From Wallemia ichthyophaga EXF-994 (lineage: Eukaryota; Fungi; Basidiomycota): DNA of 32,000 nt. Under the pieces are notes generated by a model. It had not been told where the DNA came from, ran no database searches, and was given only the letters and a program-made list of their open reading frames with translations. How positions within the stretch are numbered: the first letter of the stretch is position 1; the number at the start of each line of letters is the position of its first letter. The position numbers and the translations under genes are program-made. The DNA lies in assembly GCF_000400465.1 (NCBI RefSeq), contig NW_008806295.1:1-32000 (forward strand), in the 5' to 3' direction. Shown here piece after piece: positions 1 to 9,336 of the stretch.

Positions 1-21
1 AACCTAACCTAACCTAACCAG

Positions 22-957
22 TTATGCTACTTCCTCGGAGTTATACAGTGGTTTTTGAAAAAGTTTGCATGGTTTTTCCAGAGAGTATTCACCATTAGCG
101 GTTGCGAAGCTATTAGTGTTACAGCTACACCATTTGTCGGACAGGCTGAGAGTGCATGCCTCATCAAACCATATGTTAAGGACATGACGAGTGCTGAATT
201 ACATGCACTGTTAACAGCAGGATTTAGTACAGTCAGTGGATCAACAATGTTGTCGTACATCAAGTTAGGTGTTGATAAGGTGCACATTGTCACATCGGCC
301 ATCATGTCGATACCATCAGCTATATCTATCTCTAATATGAGAATGCCAGAGGTGGAGACACCACTGTTTGCTAACACGGTGGTGGTGGATAGAGGAGATG
401 CCGAGTATAAGGAGCAAGGTAATTGGATTCTTGCCTTTTCGAATGGAGCGAAACTTGGAATATATGTTGCAGGATTAATCCTGACGAATATTCTATGCGT
501 TTTGGCGTTGTTATATGCGTTTGATGGCTTTTTGACGTGGATTGGACGGTCATTCTCGATTCATGATCCAACGCCGTTGACTTTAGAGTTGATATTGAAG
601 TACGTCTTCTACCCGATTAGTTGGTTGATGGGTACACCTTCAGCGGATGTACTAAAGACAGCAAATCTGCTGGGAACCAAGGTGATATCGAATGAATTCG
701 TTGCATATCAACAGTATAAGGATATGCAAGATCCATCATCACCCTCATATGACCCATTCACCAAACGTGGATCTACAATTACAGAGTTTGCGCTATGTTC
801 ATTTGGCAATGTAGCATCAGTTGGTATACAAATAGGTGTGATATCAGCACTAGCGCCATCAAAGAAGAAGGATGTTTCTAGGCTGGTAATATCAGCGCTG
901 TTCTGCGGAATAATATCGACATGCCAAACAGCAGCGATTGCAGGGTTCCTTTCATAG
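22..957 (+). CDS. Concentrative nucleoside transporter (CNT/SLC28, NupC-like), last exon; 5' part lies outside the window
   Basis: After the acceptor CCAG at 18-21 the frame reads LCYFLGVIQWFLKKFAWFF...GQAESACLIKPY...AGFSTVSGS...TKVISNEFVAY...FALCSFGNVASVGIQIG, which are typical CNT motifs. Stop TAG ends at 957. Confidence 0.9.
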   Translation, partial: LCYFLGVIQWFLKKFAWFFQRVFTISGCEAISVTATPFVGQAESACLIKPYVKDMTSAELHALLTAGFSTVSGSTMLSYIKLGVDKVHIVTSAIMSIPSAISISNMRMPEVETPLFANTVVVDRGDAEYKEQGNWILAFSNGAKLGIYVAGLILTNILCVLALLYAFDGFLTWIGRSFSIHDPTPLTLELILKYVFYPISWLMGTPSADVLKTANLLGTKVISNEFVAYQQYKDMQDPSSPSYDPFTKRGSTITEFALCSFGNVASVGIQIGVISALAPSKKKDVSRLVISALFCGIISTCQTAAIAGFLS

Positions 958-1073
958 GAGCTGATTTATGTATAAATGTTTTATTTCTTTAGGTCAAACG
1001 GATGATTAGAATATTTTCTTTGTCTTGATAATTTGATTTGTATTTTTTACAAGATTGTATTGTTCCTTCTGTG

Positions 1074-2723
1074 ATGTCGATAAGTGATCAAGGTGGGTTG
1101 TTTGAATGTTTAATTAAAATAGAAATTAACTCAAAAAATACCCAAAATACAGATGATTATGTCAACGATGAGCGTGTTGATTTCTTAGGCGAAGAGTTGT
1201 TCACTGCGCTGCATAGCCCAAAGGATAGGCTTTATATACTCAAGCAGAATGAGTTGCTGACCAAATTTATGAAGTCTGAGTGGGTTTAGCTTGAATTCAC
1301 AGCCATCATCCCACGTGCTAATCCCTCCACTCACAGCGACAGATCTATCGACTTATCTACTGGAAACTCCTACCAGAAATTGATTTTAATTAAACTTTCC
1401 ATCTACTTTGGCTTGGTTTACTCCACTGAGCCTTCAAAGTTAGGCGTCTTTCTCGTTAAATCCACTGATTCTGCAATCCCGGACAAGTCTTTGACGGATT
1501 TAGTGCCTTCTCCGGATAATAATCAGCAAACAAAAGTTCAGATTATGACTAGGGCTACTCCAGGTGTCTCTACTGGTGGTAGTACCGGTCCTAGCAGCCG
1601 CAATAGCCCTAGCAATACCCCTACACACTCACTCAAACAAGACAAAGCAGACAAGTCTAATATGTCATTAGAGGAGCGTGAGCAAGCCTATCTGGAAGCT
1701 CGGAGTAGGATATTTATGGACAACACCCCTCCCTCAAATGACTCGCAATCTTTTACTCCTCAAATTGACTCAACTGACGCGGTCGAAGAGGAGCCTTTTG
1801 GTCCTGATGACATTCCAAGAGACTTATCCAGGCTTCCCGGCTACTCTAGCTACTCTGGATTATCTGGATATCACAATAAAGGGGGCAATAGCGACTACAA
1901 CCAGTATCCCATCCCATACATGGCGCCCAATGTACAACCCAATCAAGCACAATTGCAAGCCCAAGCTCAGGCTCAGGCACATGCACATGCACAATTTCAA
2001 GCACAGGCTCAAATACAGGCTCAAGCACAGGCACAGGCCCAAGCTCAAGCACAAGCACAGGCTGCCATCGCCGCATCCACAGCCGCCCTCTCCGCTCAAT
2101 CAGCAGCTACAGGCCAGTTCTGGAATCCTTGGATGACTCCAAACTCATTTATGCCCCCTAATGGTGCACTACCAAACACCAACAGCAACGACGCGCTATT
2201 AAATAGTAGTGGATTTGGCTTCCCAAGTGCTACATCTACCCCGCAGTACAGATCGAATCCACAGAGCTACGCTGGTAATTTCAGACCTGGCAATGTTGCC
2301 AGTGGCGGTACTGGTGGTCCTGGTATTGGTGTTCAACAAAGGCCACCGCGTATGGCTAGACCACCCGGTACGCGTCCACCATATTCGCAGCCTCGTCCTG
2401 GTCGACCTGCTATGCCTAATTTGACCAGCCTGCCTAACATAGATGGGTTGTCTATAGGAGGAGAAGGCGTACCAGCACCAGCAACAACATTTGCACAAGC
2501 TAATGCACCAGCTTCTGCACCAACTCCTCCGCAGAAAAATGTTGCCAGCAGCGGTATATTCAACCTTGATCCGCAACTCATACAGCCGAAACAGCGGAGG
2601 AGTGTGAGCGAGTCTGTCGACGATACGCCCAACAATTCGACCTCGCAGCAGAACAACACACAGAACACAAGCAGACGAGCAACCCGGCGTCGCAAAGGAA
2701 CGGCGCAGAGTAACAACATATAA
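1074..2723 (+). CDS. R3H-like/SUZ domain RNA-binding protein with a low-complexity Q/A/P/N-rich C-terminus
   Basis: ATG at 1074, intron 1280-1336 (GTGGGT..CTAAT..CAG). Spliced frame gives KDRLYILKQNELLTKF...NSYQKLILIKLSIYFGL (R3H-like), then VQIMTR...SLEEREQAYLEARSRIF (SUZ motif). Confidence 0.8.
1944..2063 (+). repeat. Coding (Gln-Ala)n tract built from CAR-GCN hexamers
   Basis: Translates as QAQLQAQAQAQAHAHAQFQAQAQIQAQAQAQAQAQAQAQA. Confidence 0.9.
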
Positions 2724-2749
2724 TAAACGAACAGTGTACACAAATATAT

Positions 2750-3490
2750 CTATTTATTACAAGCCTCTATTGAGTTATTCATACATTCCATCAAAGACTG
2801 CAGAGCTTCTCTGTCAGATTGTTGCAGGTTTGAGAGTTGTGCAGGTAGACCGTGTATAGATCTTCCTGAGAGCGTGTTGGCATCGTAGCCAAGAACACGC
2901 TGTAAGACTACCTCTCTGTTCCGGGAGCCGTCTATGTCTATGCTGTCGAGTTGAGCAAGGAGATTTTTGAGGTTGGGGTGTGTTTGGAAGAGCTGTCGTA
3001 TTTCTGGGCTTGTAGCTATGCTGAGGACTTGGCTGCGTCTGAGCGGCTTAGGGTCGTTACGGGATAGTGCGTCAATGAATATTTTCTCATCTGGCTCTTC
3101 TGGCCACCTGAGAGAATGTAGAGGTCTGAGGGGAGCGTCGACTTGTTTTGATGTTTCTAATTGTTCTGGTGGTGGTGTCGTTGTTGTTGTTGCTGCTGCT
3201 GCTGCTGGCGTCGTTGTTGCTGCCACCGTCGCTGTCTGCTCGCTTTCGCTTTGCTTTCCATTATCTTTTACGTCGACGCTTCCACCCAATTCAGCTGTTG
3301 GCTGCGTTAGCATTGGGTGCTGGGTACTAGGTACTCTTCGCCCACCTTGAATCGCCTTGTAACATGGCAGCGAGCAGTAGTAAAGCCCAGTGGATGGATG
3401 TTGGTATTTGAACGGCTGAGCGTGGCAAACCTGGCAGCTCTTCTCCCTTTCCTTGTCCAGCTGCTGCTTCTTCTTCTTATAAGCGGGCAT
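2750..3490 (-). CDS. HIT1: Hit1/ZNHIT3-like box C/D snoRNP assembly factor with a degenerate zf-HIT
   Basis: N-terminal CQVC...KYQHPSTGLYYCSLPCYKA. The C-terminal LRRSQVLSIATSPEIRQLF...LKNLLAQLDS resembles the Hit1/ZNHIT3 C-terminal domain. Confidence 0.7.
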   Translation of the reverse strand: MPAYKKKKQQLDKEREKSCQVCHAQPFKYQHPSTGLYYCSLPCYKAIQGGRRVPSTQHPMLTQPTAELGGSVDVKDNGKQSESEQTATVAATTTPAAAAATTTTTPPPEQLETSKQVDAPLRPLHSLRWPEEPDEKIFIDALSRNDPKPLRRSQVLSIATSPEIRQLFQTHPNLKNLLAQLDSIDIDGSRNREVVLQRVLGYDANTLSGRSIHGLPAQLSNLQQSDREALQSLMECMNNSIEACNK

Positions 3491-3539
3491 TAAAGTATTC
3501 TATCAAGTTAAAGTATGTAAATTACAATCCTCGTCCTCT

Positions 3540-4320
3540 CTAGTGCTTCTTGTCTTCCGAAATCCACCAAATTGGATATCTGCGTGTGCCAAGGTTCTGG
3601 TGGTAGTGGTGTGAGCAGTGAGCAGGAATCACGACGGAAAGCGCAACTCACATTCCAGAAAAGCGCCCATCCCAACATGAGCAGAGTACTGACGAGGAGA
3701 TTGTACAAGAAGCGCCAGCTAGCAGACACAGCTGTTGGGTTAGTGATTGCGATCAGCGCCGTCGCGCCAGCGGGTGGGTGGATAGTGCCAGTGATCTGCA
3801 TGACGACGACAGCAGTGCCAGTGGCAAGACTAGCAGCGAGCCACGTCAGCTGTCCTACCTCCATTGCATCTGGGAATACGGTTGTGCTCGGGGTATAGCC
3901 GTCGTTGAGAGCGAACAACCGCTGGAATATCACGCCTGTCAATCCACTAAGGAAATGACCGAAAACCAGATTACGCGGTTGTGCTAAAGGGCTCTCAAAC
4001 GATCCAAAGAGAAGGACACAGGATGCACCCATCGATGGTACCACATAGGGATTCCACCCTACCAGGCTGTCGCTGTAGCTGAATACACCAACTAGCAGTG
4101 CTATACCGACAAAAGATCCAATCCATCCAAATACCAGCGTCTCCACTTCATTAGGTATCTTGCGGAAGGCGGGGAATAGCGGCGTTGGGATGTCAGTGTC
4201 CACGCTGCGATAGCCTAGGAAATGCGAAATTGGCGCAGGTAGACGCGCAAGCCACCGCTCTGACTGTGACGCGCGACAGAATTTCTTATCGAGTATTTTG
4301 AATGGGTTCAGTGTGCGCAT
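3540..4320 (-). CDS. HPP family integral membrane protein
   Basis: Motifs PSMGASCVLLFG...SPLAQPRN...GH and GTIHPPAGATAL. Intron 3651-3597 (GTGAGT..CAG) yields the C-terminus WNNLGTRRYPIWWISEDKKH*. The start at ATG 4320 is less certain. Confidence 0.85.
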
Positions 4321-4428
4321 TGATCGATCGTCGCGGATTGACTCAATCCAACACCGCGGTTCTAGACTTGCACTGTTGACAAACCAAAATGACAATACTA
4401 ATTACATATATAAACATCAATCGCTAAA

Positions 4429-6226
4429 CTAGTACAATTGCATACAATACGTCCTGTCTTTGAGTGCCTTCAATCCGAGCGCGTTAAAATCTTCAACACC
4501 TACCCATAGCTCATTCGCTACTTCAAGCTTGGAGAGCGTCGAGACTCCACACCACGCGAGGAATTGGCTATGTACATCTTTAGGAGGTGGAACGTGTTGG
4601 ACACGATCGACGAAGCCATATTGAGGTGACAGCTGTAACGCATCCTTCAACTTAACCTCCAATGCTTGGTTTACTCCCTTCAAATGTCCTCCTCCTCCTG
4701 TTAGGACGAGCGAGGTGCAGAACTTCTTGATGCGCTCTTCCGTTGTCGTTGTGGAGATGGAATTGAGGATGGCTAGATGCAGAGGCAATTTCGACGACTC
4801 GATCAATACATCTTTATCCTTCTCACATTCCATACTGGTCTTCTCTGTGGTATATTTCTCTTTGCCTCTCGCACCCTTCTTATCTTTCTCAATACTGCCT
4901 ACTCTGTTTATTGTCGAGATCTGCATCGCTTGACTAACACTCCCGCTACCAATGTCGAGAGTTTGAGGTGCATCTCCCCACAACTTGTGCGATGCGCGGT
5001 GTTTTTCCGAAAAGTTGACTAGCTGTGGATGGAACAGCAAATTAGGAGCCTTAATACCATCTTCGTAAACTCTGACGCTATACTTTTTGCTATTCTCGTT
5101 AGGTTTGCGCACGATAAAGTCGTGAGTCGTGATAGCGAGGTCGCTCTGCAGACGTGTAAGCTTAATCGAGCTGCACAAACGCTTCCCACCTCGTTCAACG
5201 TGCACGCCCTCTCCTTGAGATTCTCAAATATATTCCAATCACCCGCGTCAGCCATGTTGGTAGGCTGGTATGGGAAAGCGGCGTCAATGAGTAACTGGTG
5301 GAAGAAGAGGGTAATATCGTCACCACCATAAGCAAGTTCCATTCTAAATATGTTTAGCATTGGTTTTGTGCATCAGGCTTAACCTACCGACTCTCAGGTA
5401 TGACGACACCTTCTTCTACACAAGCGATAGAGGTTTTCTGGGCACCTATGTCGACAACACAGGCGCTAGATAAACCGCAACCGAAAGCTGTACCATTTGC
5501 CTCCTGTATTAGAAGGATCTGCTTACACCCAACGAGATTGAGGATAACGTTGGTCATTTCAGTGACATAAGTGGCAGTGTAGCTGTTGGGAATGATGAGA
5601 GCAATGCTGAGCGATTTTATGTCGGAGAGAGTGAAACTGAAAATGTTGGTAAGAATGTTTGAGAGTAGAGTATCTATATCTGCGAGAAGGAGACTGAGTG
5701 AGGAGTAATCTTGTGTGTTAAAATCGCCGCCAAGGAAAGGTCGTTTTATATCGTAGAACTGTTTTGCACTATCAGTTAGTTTGAAGACATTCTCGCCAAC
5801 TAAGACAGAAGGAAGAAAGGAGCTGTCGATGTTTGAGTCAATGTATTGATCGGACGAGTTAAGGTGGCTTGGGAGGACTTCAGGAACAACCTGCTGATTG
5901 AAGGAGATGGATTGCGACTGGCCCTGTGGATTTGAAACTAACTTGTTAGCTTTGAGAGCATTGTTGAGGTCATTAGATATGGCGGAGAGTGTGGTGGTGT
6001 ATTGCGAGGTGTTGAGGGAGGTGTGGGGAGAGTGAGAGCTGCTGCTACCCCTACTATCACTCTCAACGCTCTTCTTACGGGCAATAATCGAAGGAATCAA
6101 AAGGGGTTTATCAGCGTCAGATTGAGCAATGCGAATGAAAGTGGAGCCAGGTTGAATGATCAAAGTACGTTGATACTTTGTGTACTCGTGAGAATCTTCA
6201 CCTAATTTGCGTTTATGAGCCTCCAT
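4429..6226 (-). CDS. ARP8: Actin-related protein Arp8 (INO80 complex), 3 exons
   Basis: TLIIQPGSTFIRIA...P..IPSIIARK N-terminus, ACVVDIGAQKTSIACVEEG, LAYGGDDIT, LVLTGGG and W.GVSTLSKL...ELWV. Introns at about 5387-5344 and about 5190-5147. Confidence 0.88.
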
Positions 6227-6518
6227 TCTATCGTTAATGGATAGTTGAATATACTTGTTTGAAGACCACGATTGATTATCAGATTTCAGGTAATTAGAGG
6301 AAACGTTCTTTGTATTTAGATAAGGGATAGGCGTGTAGTTTGTAAATTTAAGAGAAGATTCATCTAAGCGTGGTTCTGGGTAGGTAGTTGGGTTTAGATG
6401 TTGTTGAGAATGATTGTTAGCGTATACAACATCCTTATCAATCTAAATGTCGTAATTAGTTTAATCGTTCTTTAATTTATAAGACTCGCCTTCTTTCTCG
6501 GCATCTTGGTGGTTGACA

Positions 6519-6722
6519 ATGAACAGTACGCTGATAAATCTCGCAATAAAAAGGAGCATAAGGAGGAAAATTAACGTTAGACTGTTAAACGATAATAGCA
6601 TTTCAAATGTAAAGCCAGGATTTATGAGGAATACACTTTATCCAGCTGGGTTGGCTGAGTACTTGGATTTCAATCTGGCAGTGAGAGAGGGGATAGATGA
6701 AAATGTTGGTAAGAATGTTTGA
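6519..6722 (+). pseudogene. Truncated 5' copy of bL9m (59 aa plus a short junction-derived tail)
   Basis: Identical to the start of 7579..8094 up to the junction at 6697, then reads DENVGKNV*. Confidence 0.8.
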
Positions 6723-7286
6723 GAGTAGAGTATCTATATCTGCGAGAAGGAGACTGAGTGAGGAGTAATCTTGTGTGTTAAAATCGCCGCCAAGGAAAGG
6801 TCGTTTTATATCGTAGAACTGTTTTGCACTATCAGTTAGTTTGAAGACATTCTCGCCAACTAAGACAGAAGGAAGAAAGGAGCTGTCGATGTTTGAGTCA
6901 ATGTATTGATCGGACGAGTTAAGGTGGCTTGGGAGGACTTCAGGAACAACCTGCTGATTGAAGGAGATGGATTGCGACTGGCCCTGTGGATTTGAAACTA
7001 ACTTGTTAGCTTTGAGAGCATTGTTGAGGTCATTAGATATGGCGGAGAGTGTGGTGGTGTATTGCGAGGTGTTGAGGGAGGTGTGGGGAGAGTGAGAGCT
7101 GCTGCTACCCCTACTATCACTCTCAACGCTCTTCTTACGGGCAATAATCGAAGGAATCAAAAGGGGTTTATCAGCGTCAGATTGAGCAATGCGAATGAAA
7201 GTGGAGCCAGGTTGAATGATCAAAGTACGTTGATACTTTGTGTACTCGTGAGAATCTTCACCTAATTTGCGTTTATGAGCCTCCAT
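6603..7286 (-). pseudogene. Truncated 5' copy of ARP8 (196 aa plus a tail read from the antisense strand of bL9m)
   Basis: Identical to the ARP8 N-terminus up to ...LSNILTNIF, then diverges at junction 6698/6697 into IYPLSHCQ...WLYI*. Confidence 0.8.
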
Positions 7287-7578
7287 TCTATCGTTAATGG
7301 ATAGTTGAATATACTTGTTTGAAGACCACGATTGATTATCAGATTTCAGGTAATTAGAGGAAACGTTCTTTGTATTTAGATAAGGGATAGGCGTGTAGTT
7401 TGTAAATTTAAGAGAAGATTCATCTAAGCGTGGTTCTGGGTAGGTAGTTGGGTTTAGATGTTGTTGAGAATGATTGTTAGCGTATACAACATCCTTATCA
7501 ATCTAAATGTCGTAATTAGTTTAATCGTTCTTTAATTTATAAGACTCGCCTTCTTTCTCGGCATCTTGGTGGTTGACA

Positions 7579-8094
7579 ATGAACAGTACGCTGATAAATC
7601 TCGCAATAAAAAGGAGCATAAGGAGGAAAATTAACGTTAGACTGTTAAACGATAATAGCATTTCAAATGTAAAGCCAGGATTTATGAGGAATACACTTTA
7701 TCCAGCTGGGTTGGCTGAGTACTTGGATTTCAATCTGGCAGTGAGAGAGGGGATAGAGAGCAGTGGTGGTGTAGGATTGCAATCACCCACAGCCACCGCC
7801 AACACCTCCACAGATTCATTCGATTTAACCACCTTACAAGATCAAACGATTCAAATAAACAGATCAACAATCGATAAACATAGAATTCATGGTTCAATCA
7901 GTGTTAAGGATATTCAGCAAATTTTGCTCAACGACTACCAGTTAAACACGTACAATAACGATGTATCCGTGGATATCGTGGATGATGATAGGCTTGTGAA
8001 TAGAAATCAAACAAAGTTAATCAAGTCAGTTGGTCATTATAAACTCATGTTGAATAACAAATTTACTTTAAATCTTGTAATCAACGACGTTTGA
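7579..8094 (+). CDS. MRPL9: Mitochondrial ribosomal protein bL9m (L9)
   Basis: Basic presequence, L9 N-domain INVRLL...VKPGFMRNTLYPAGLAEY, and C-domain RIHGSISVKDI...IKSVGHY. Confidence 0.8.
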   Translation: MNSTLINLAIKRSIRRKINVRLLNDNSISNVKPGFMRNTLYPAGLAEYLDFNLAVREGIESSGGVGLQSPTATANTSTDSFDLTTLQDQTIQINRSTIDKHRIHGSISVKDIQQILLNDYQLNTYNNDVSVDIVDDDRLVNRNQTKLIKSVGHYKLMLNNKFTLNLVINDV

Positions 8095-8129
8095 ATGTCT
8101 TCTCTCTTCTTGCACCTAAACAACCACCA

Positions 8130-9141
8130 ATGAAGCTAACAATCCTATCAACTACTTCAAAACCTTCTAATATCTTCCCTTTGAATGTTGACTTATCCGA
8201 TGGCTCTACTTTGCTTTCCCTTAAACTGAAAATTCATAAGAGTGTACCCAACTTTTCACCTTCAAGACAAAGGCTTTCAAATGTAAATAAGGAACCTTTA
8301 AAGGATGATTCTGCTTCTCTTTCCCATCTTAACATCCACAACGGTGATATCCTCTATATCAAAGACTTGGGCCCACAAGTTAGCTGGACTACTGTCTTCT
8401 TGGTTGAATACGCTGGCCCTCTACTCATACACCCTTTCTTCTACCACCTTAGCACTCTCATCTACAGAAAACACTTTACTCATTCAAACATGCAAGCTCT
8501 AGCTTATACCCTCATCCTTATTCACTTCTTCAAAAGGGAATTTGAAACAATCTTCATACACAGATTCTCTAACTCCACTATGCCCTTCTTAAATATCTTC
8601 AGAAACTCTGCTCATTACCACTTACTCTCTGGTCTTCTCATTGCCATCGCTATTTATGGTCCTTGGTACTCTTTGGAAGCCCTAAAACACTCTCACAGAT
8701 CAAATCCTTCTTATCTCGCTGCTTGGTCTGCTTTCTGGCTCGTATGTCCCATCTCTTTGTCTATGTTTCCTTCTCAATCTTTGCCCAGTTCTGTCAAATC
8801 TCTAACCTCATCACTCACCTTAAACTTCGCAATTTAAGACCACCAGGTACCAAAGAGCGCAACATTCCAACTGGCTATGGCTTTGATTTGGTTTCTTGTG
8901 CCAATTACTTTTTTGAAATTGGTTCTTGGGTCGCTATCTTAGGTATCACTGGTTCTTGGGCAGGTGTGTGTTGAATTATATCTAATTCACCCCTTTAACA
9001 CCAAAATCAGTCGCTATCTTCTTACTTGTGAGCGCTTTCACTATGGCCAAATGGGCAAAGAAGAAAGATGCATTGTACAGAAAGCAATTCGGTGACAAGT
9101 ACCCAAAGAATCGTCGTATCTTGATTCCTTACATTTGGTAA
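8130..9141 (+). CDS. TSC13: Very-long-chain enoyl-CoA reductase (Tsc13/TECR), 3 exons, about 305 aa
   Basis: Ubiquitin-like N-terminus, YIKDLGPQVSWTTVFLVEYAGP, HFFKREFETIFIHRFSNSTMP and VSCANYFFE. Introns 8742-8788 and 8964-9010. Ends YPKNRRILIPYIW*. Confidence 0.92.
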
Positions 9142-9256
9142 TGTTGTTTATCATTTTGTATTTTTTCCATTTATATTTGAAAATAAAATCTGGAGAAGTG
9201 TACTCATGTGTCTTTTATTATCTTTCATTTCGGACAAATTAAAGGATTTGATGGCC

Positions 9257-9262
9257 AAAAAA
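9257..9262 (-). terminator. RNA polymerase III terminator (T6) of tRNA-Asp
   Basis: A run of six T on the minus strand 2 nt downstream of the tRNA 3' end. Confidence 0.8.
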
Positions 9263-9264
9263 TT

Positions 9265-9336
9265 CTCCCTGTCTGGGAGTTGAACCCAGCTCTCCCGCGT
9301 GACAAGCGGGCGTACTAACCGATATACTAACAAGGA
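9265..9336 (-). tRNA. tRNA-Asp (GTC), intronless, 72 nt
   Basis: Reverse complement: acceptor stem TCCTTGT/ACAGGGA, discriminator G, anticodon arm CCCGC-TTGTCAC-GCGGG, T-arm CTGGG-TTCAACT-CCCAG. Confidence 0.97.

Larger units (their letters stand above)
5638..7757. repeat. Head-to-tail tandem duplication of a 1060-bp unit (5638-6697 and 6698-7757)
   Basis: Line-by-line comparison showed no mismatches. ORF pairs are offset by exactly 1060 (6002/7062, 6226/7286, 6513/7573). Flanking bases differ on both sides, so there is no junction microhomology. Confidence 0.95.

Noticed and set aside
1-19. (AACCT)n repeat resembling a TTAGG telomeric repeat
   Set aside because: Only about 4 units, ending directly in a CAG acceptor in frame with the CNT exon. 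It is better explained as an intron 3' end with repeated CTAAC branch motifs, and the gene continues upstream.
1093-1122. Possible 30-nt in-frame intron (GTGGGT..TAG) in the R3H/SUZ gene
   Set aside because: Shorter than any well-supported intron here, with no clear branch site. The frame is open either way, so it cannot be decided from sequence.
6276-6284. ATCWGATAA matches at 6276, 7336, 16477 and 29861
   Set aside because: They sit next to housekeeping genes or inside a CDS. They are treated as background and are the reason the GATA findings were down-weighted.
5638-7757. Duplication as a transposon or LTR element
   Set aside because: No terminal inverted repeats, target-site duplication, TG..CA ends or transposase/RT coding sequence. 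The unit consists only of host gene fragments.
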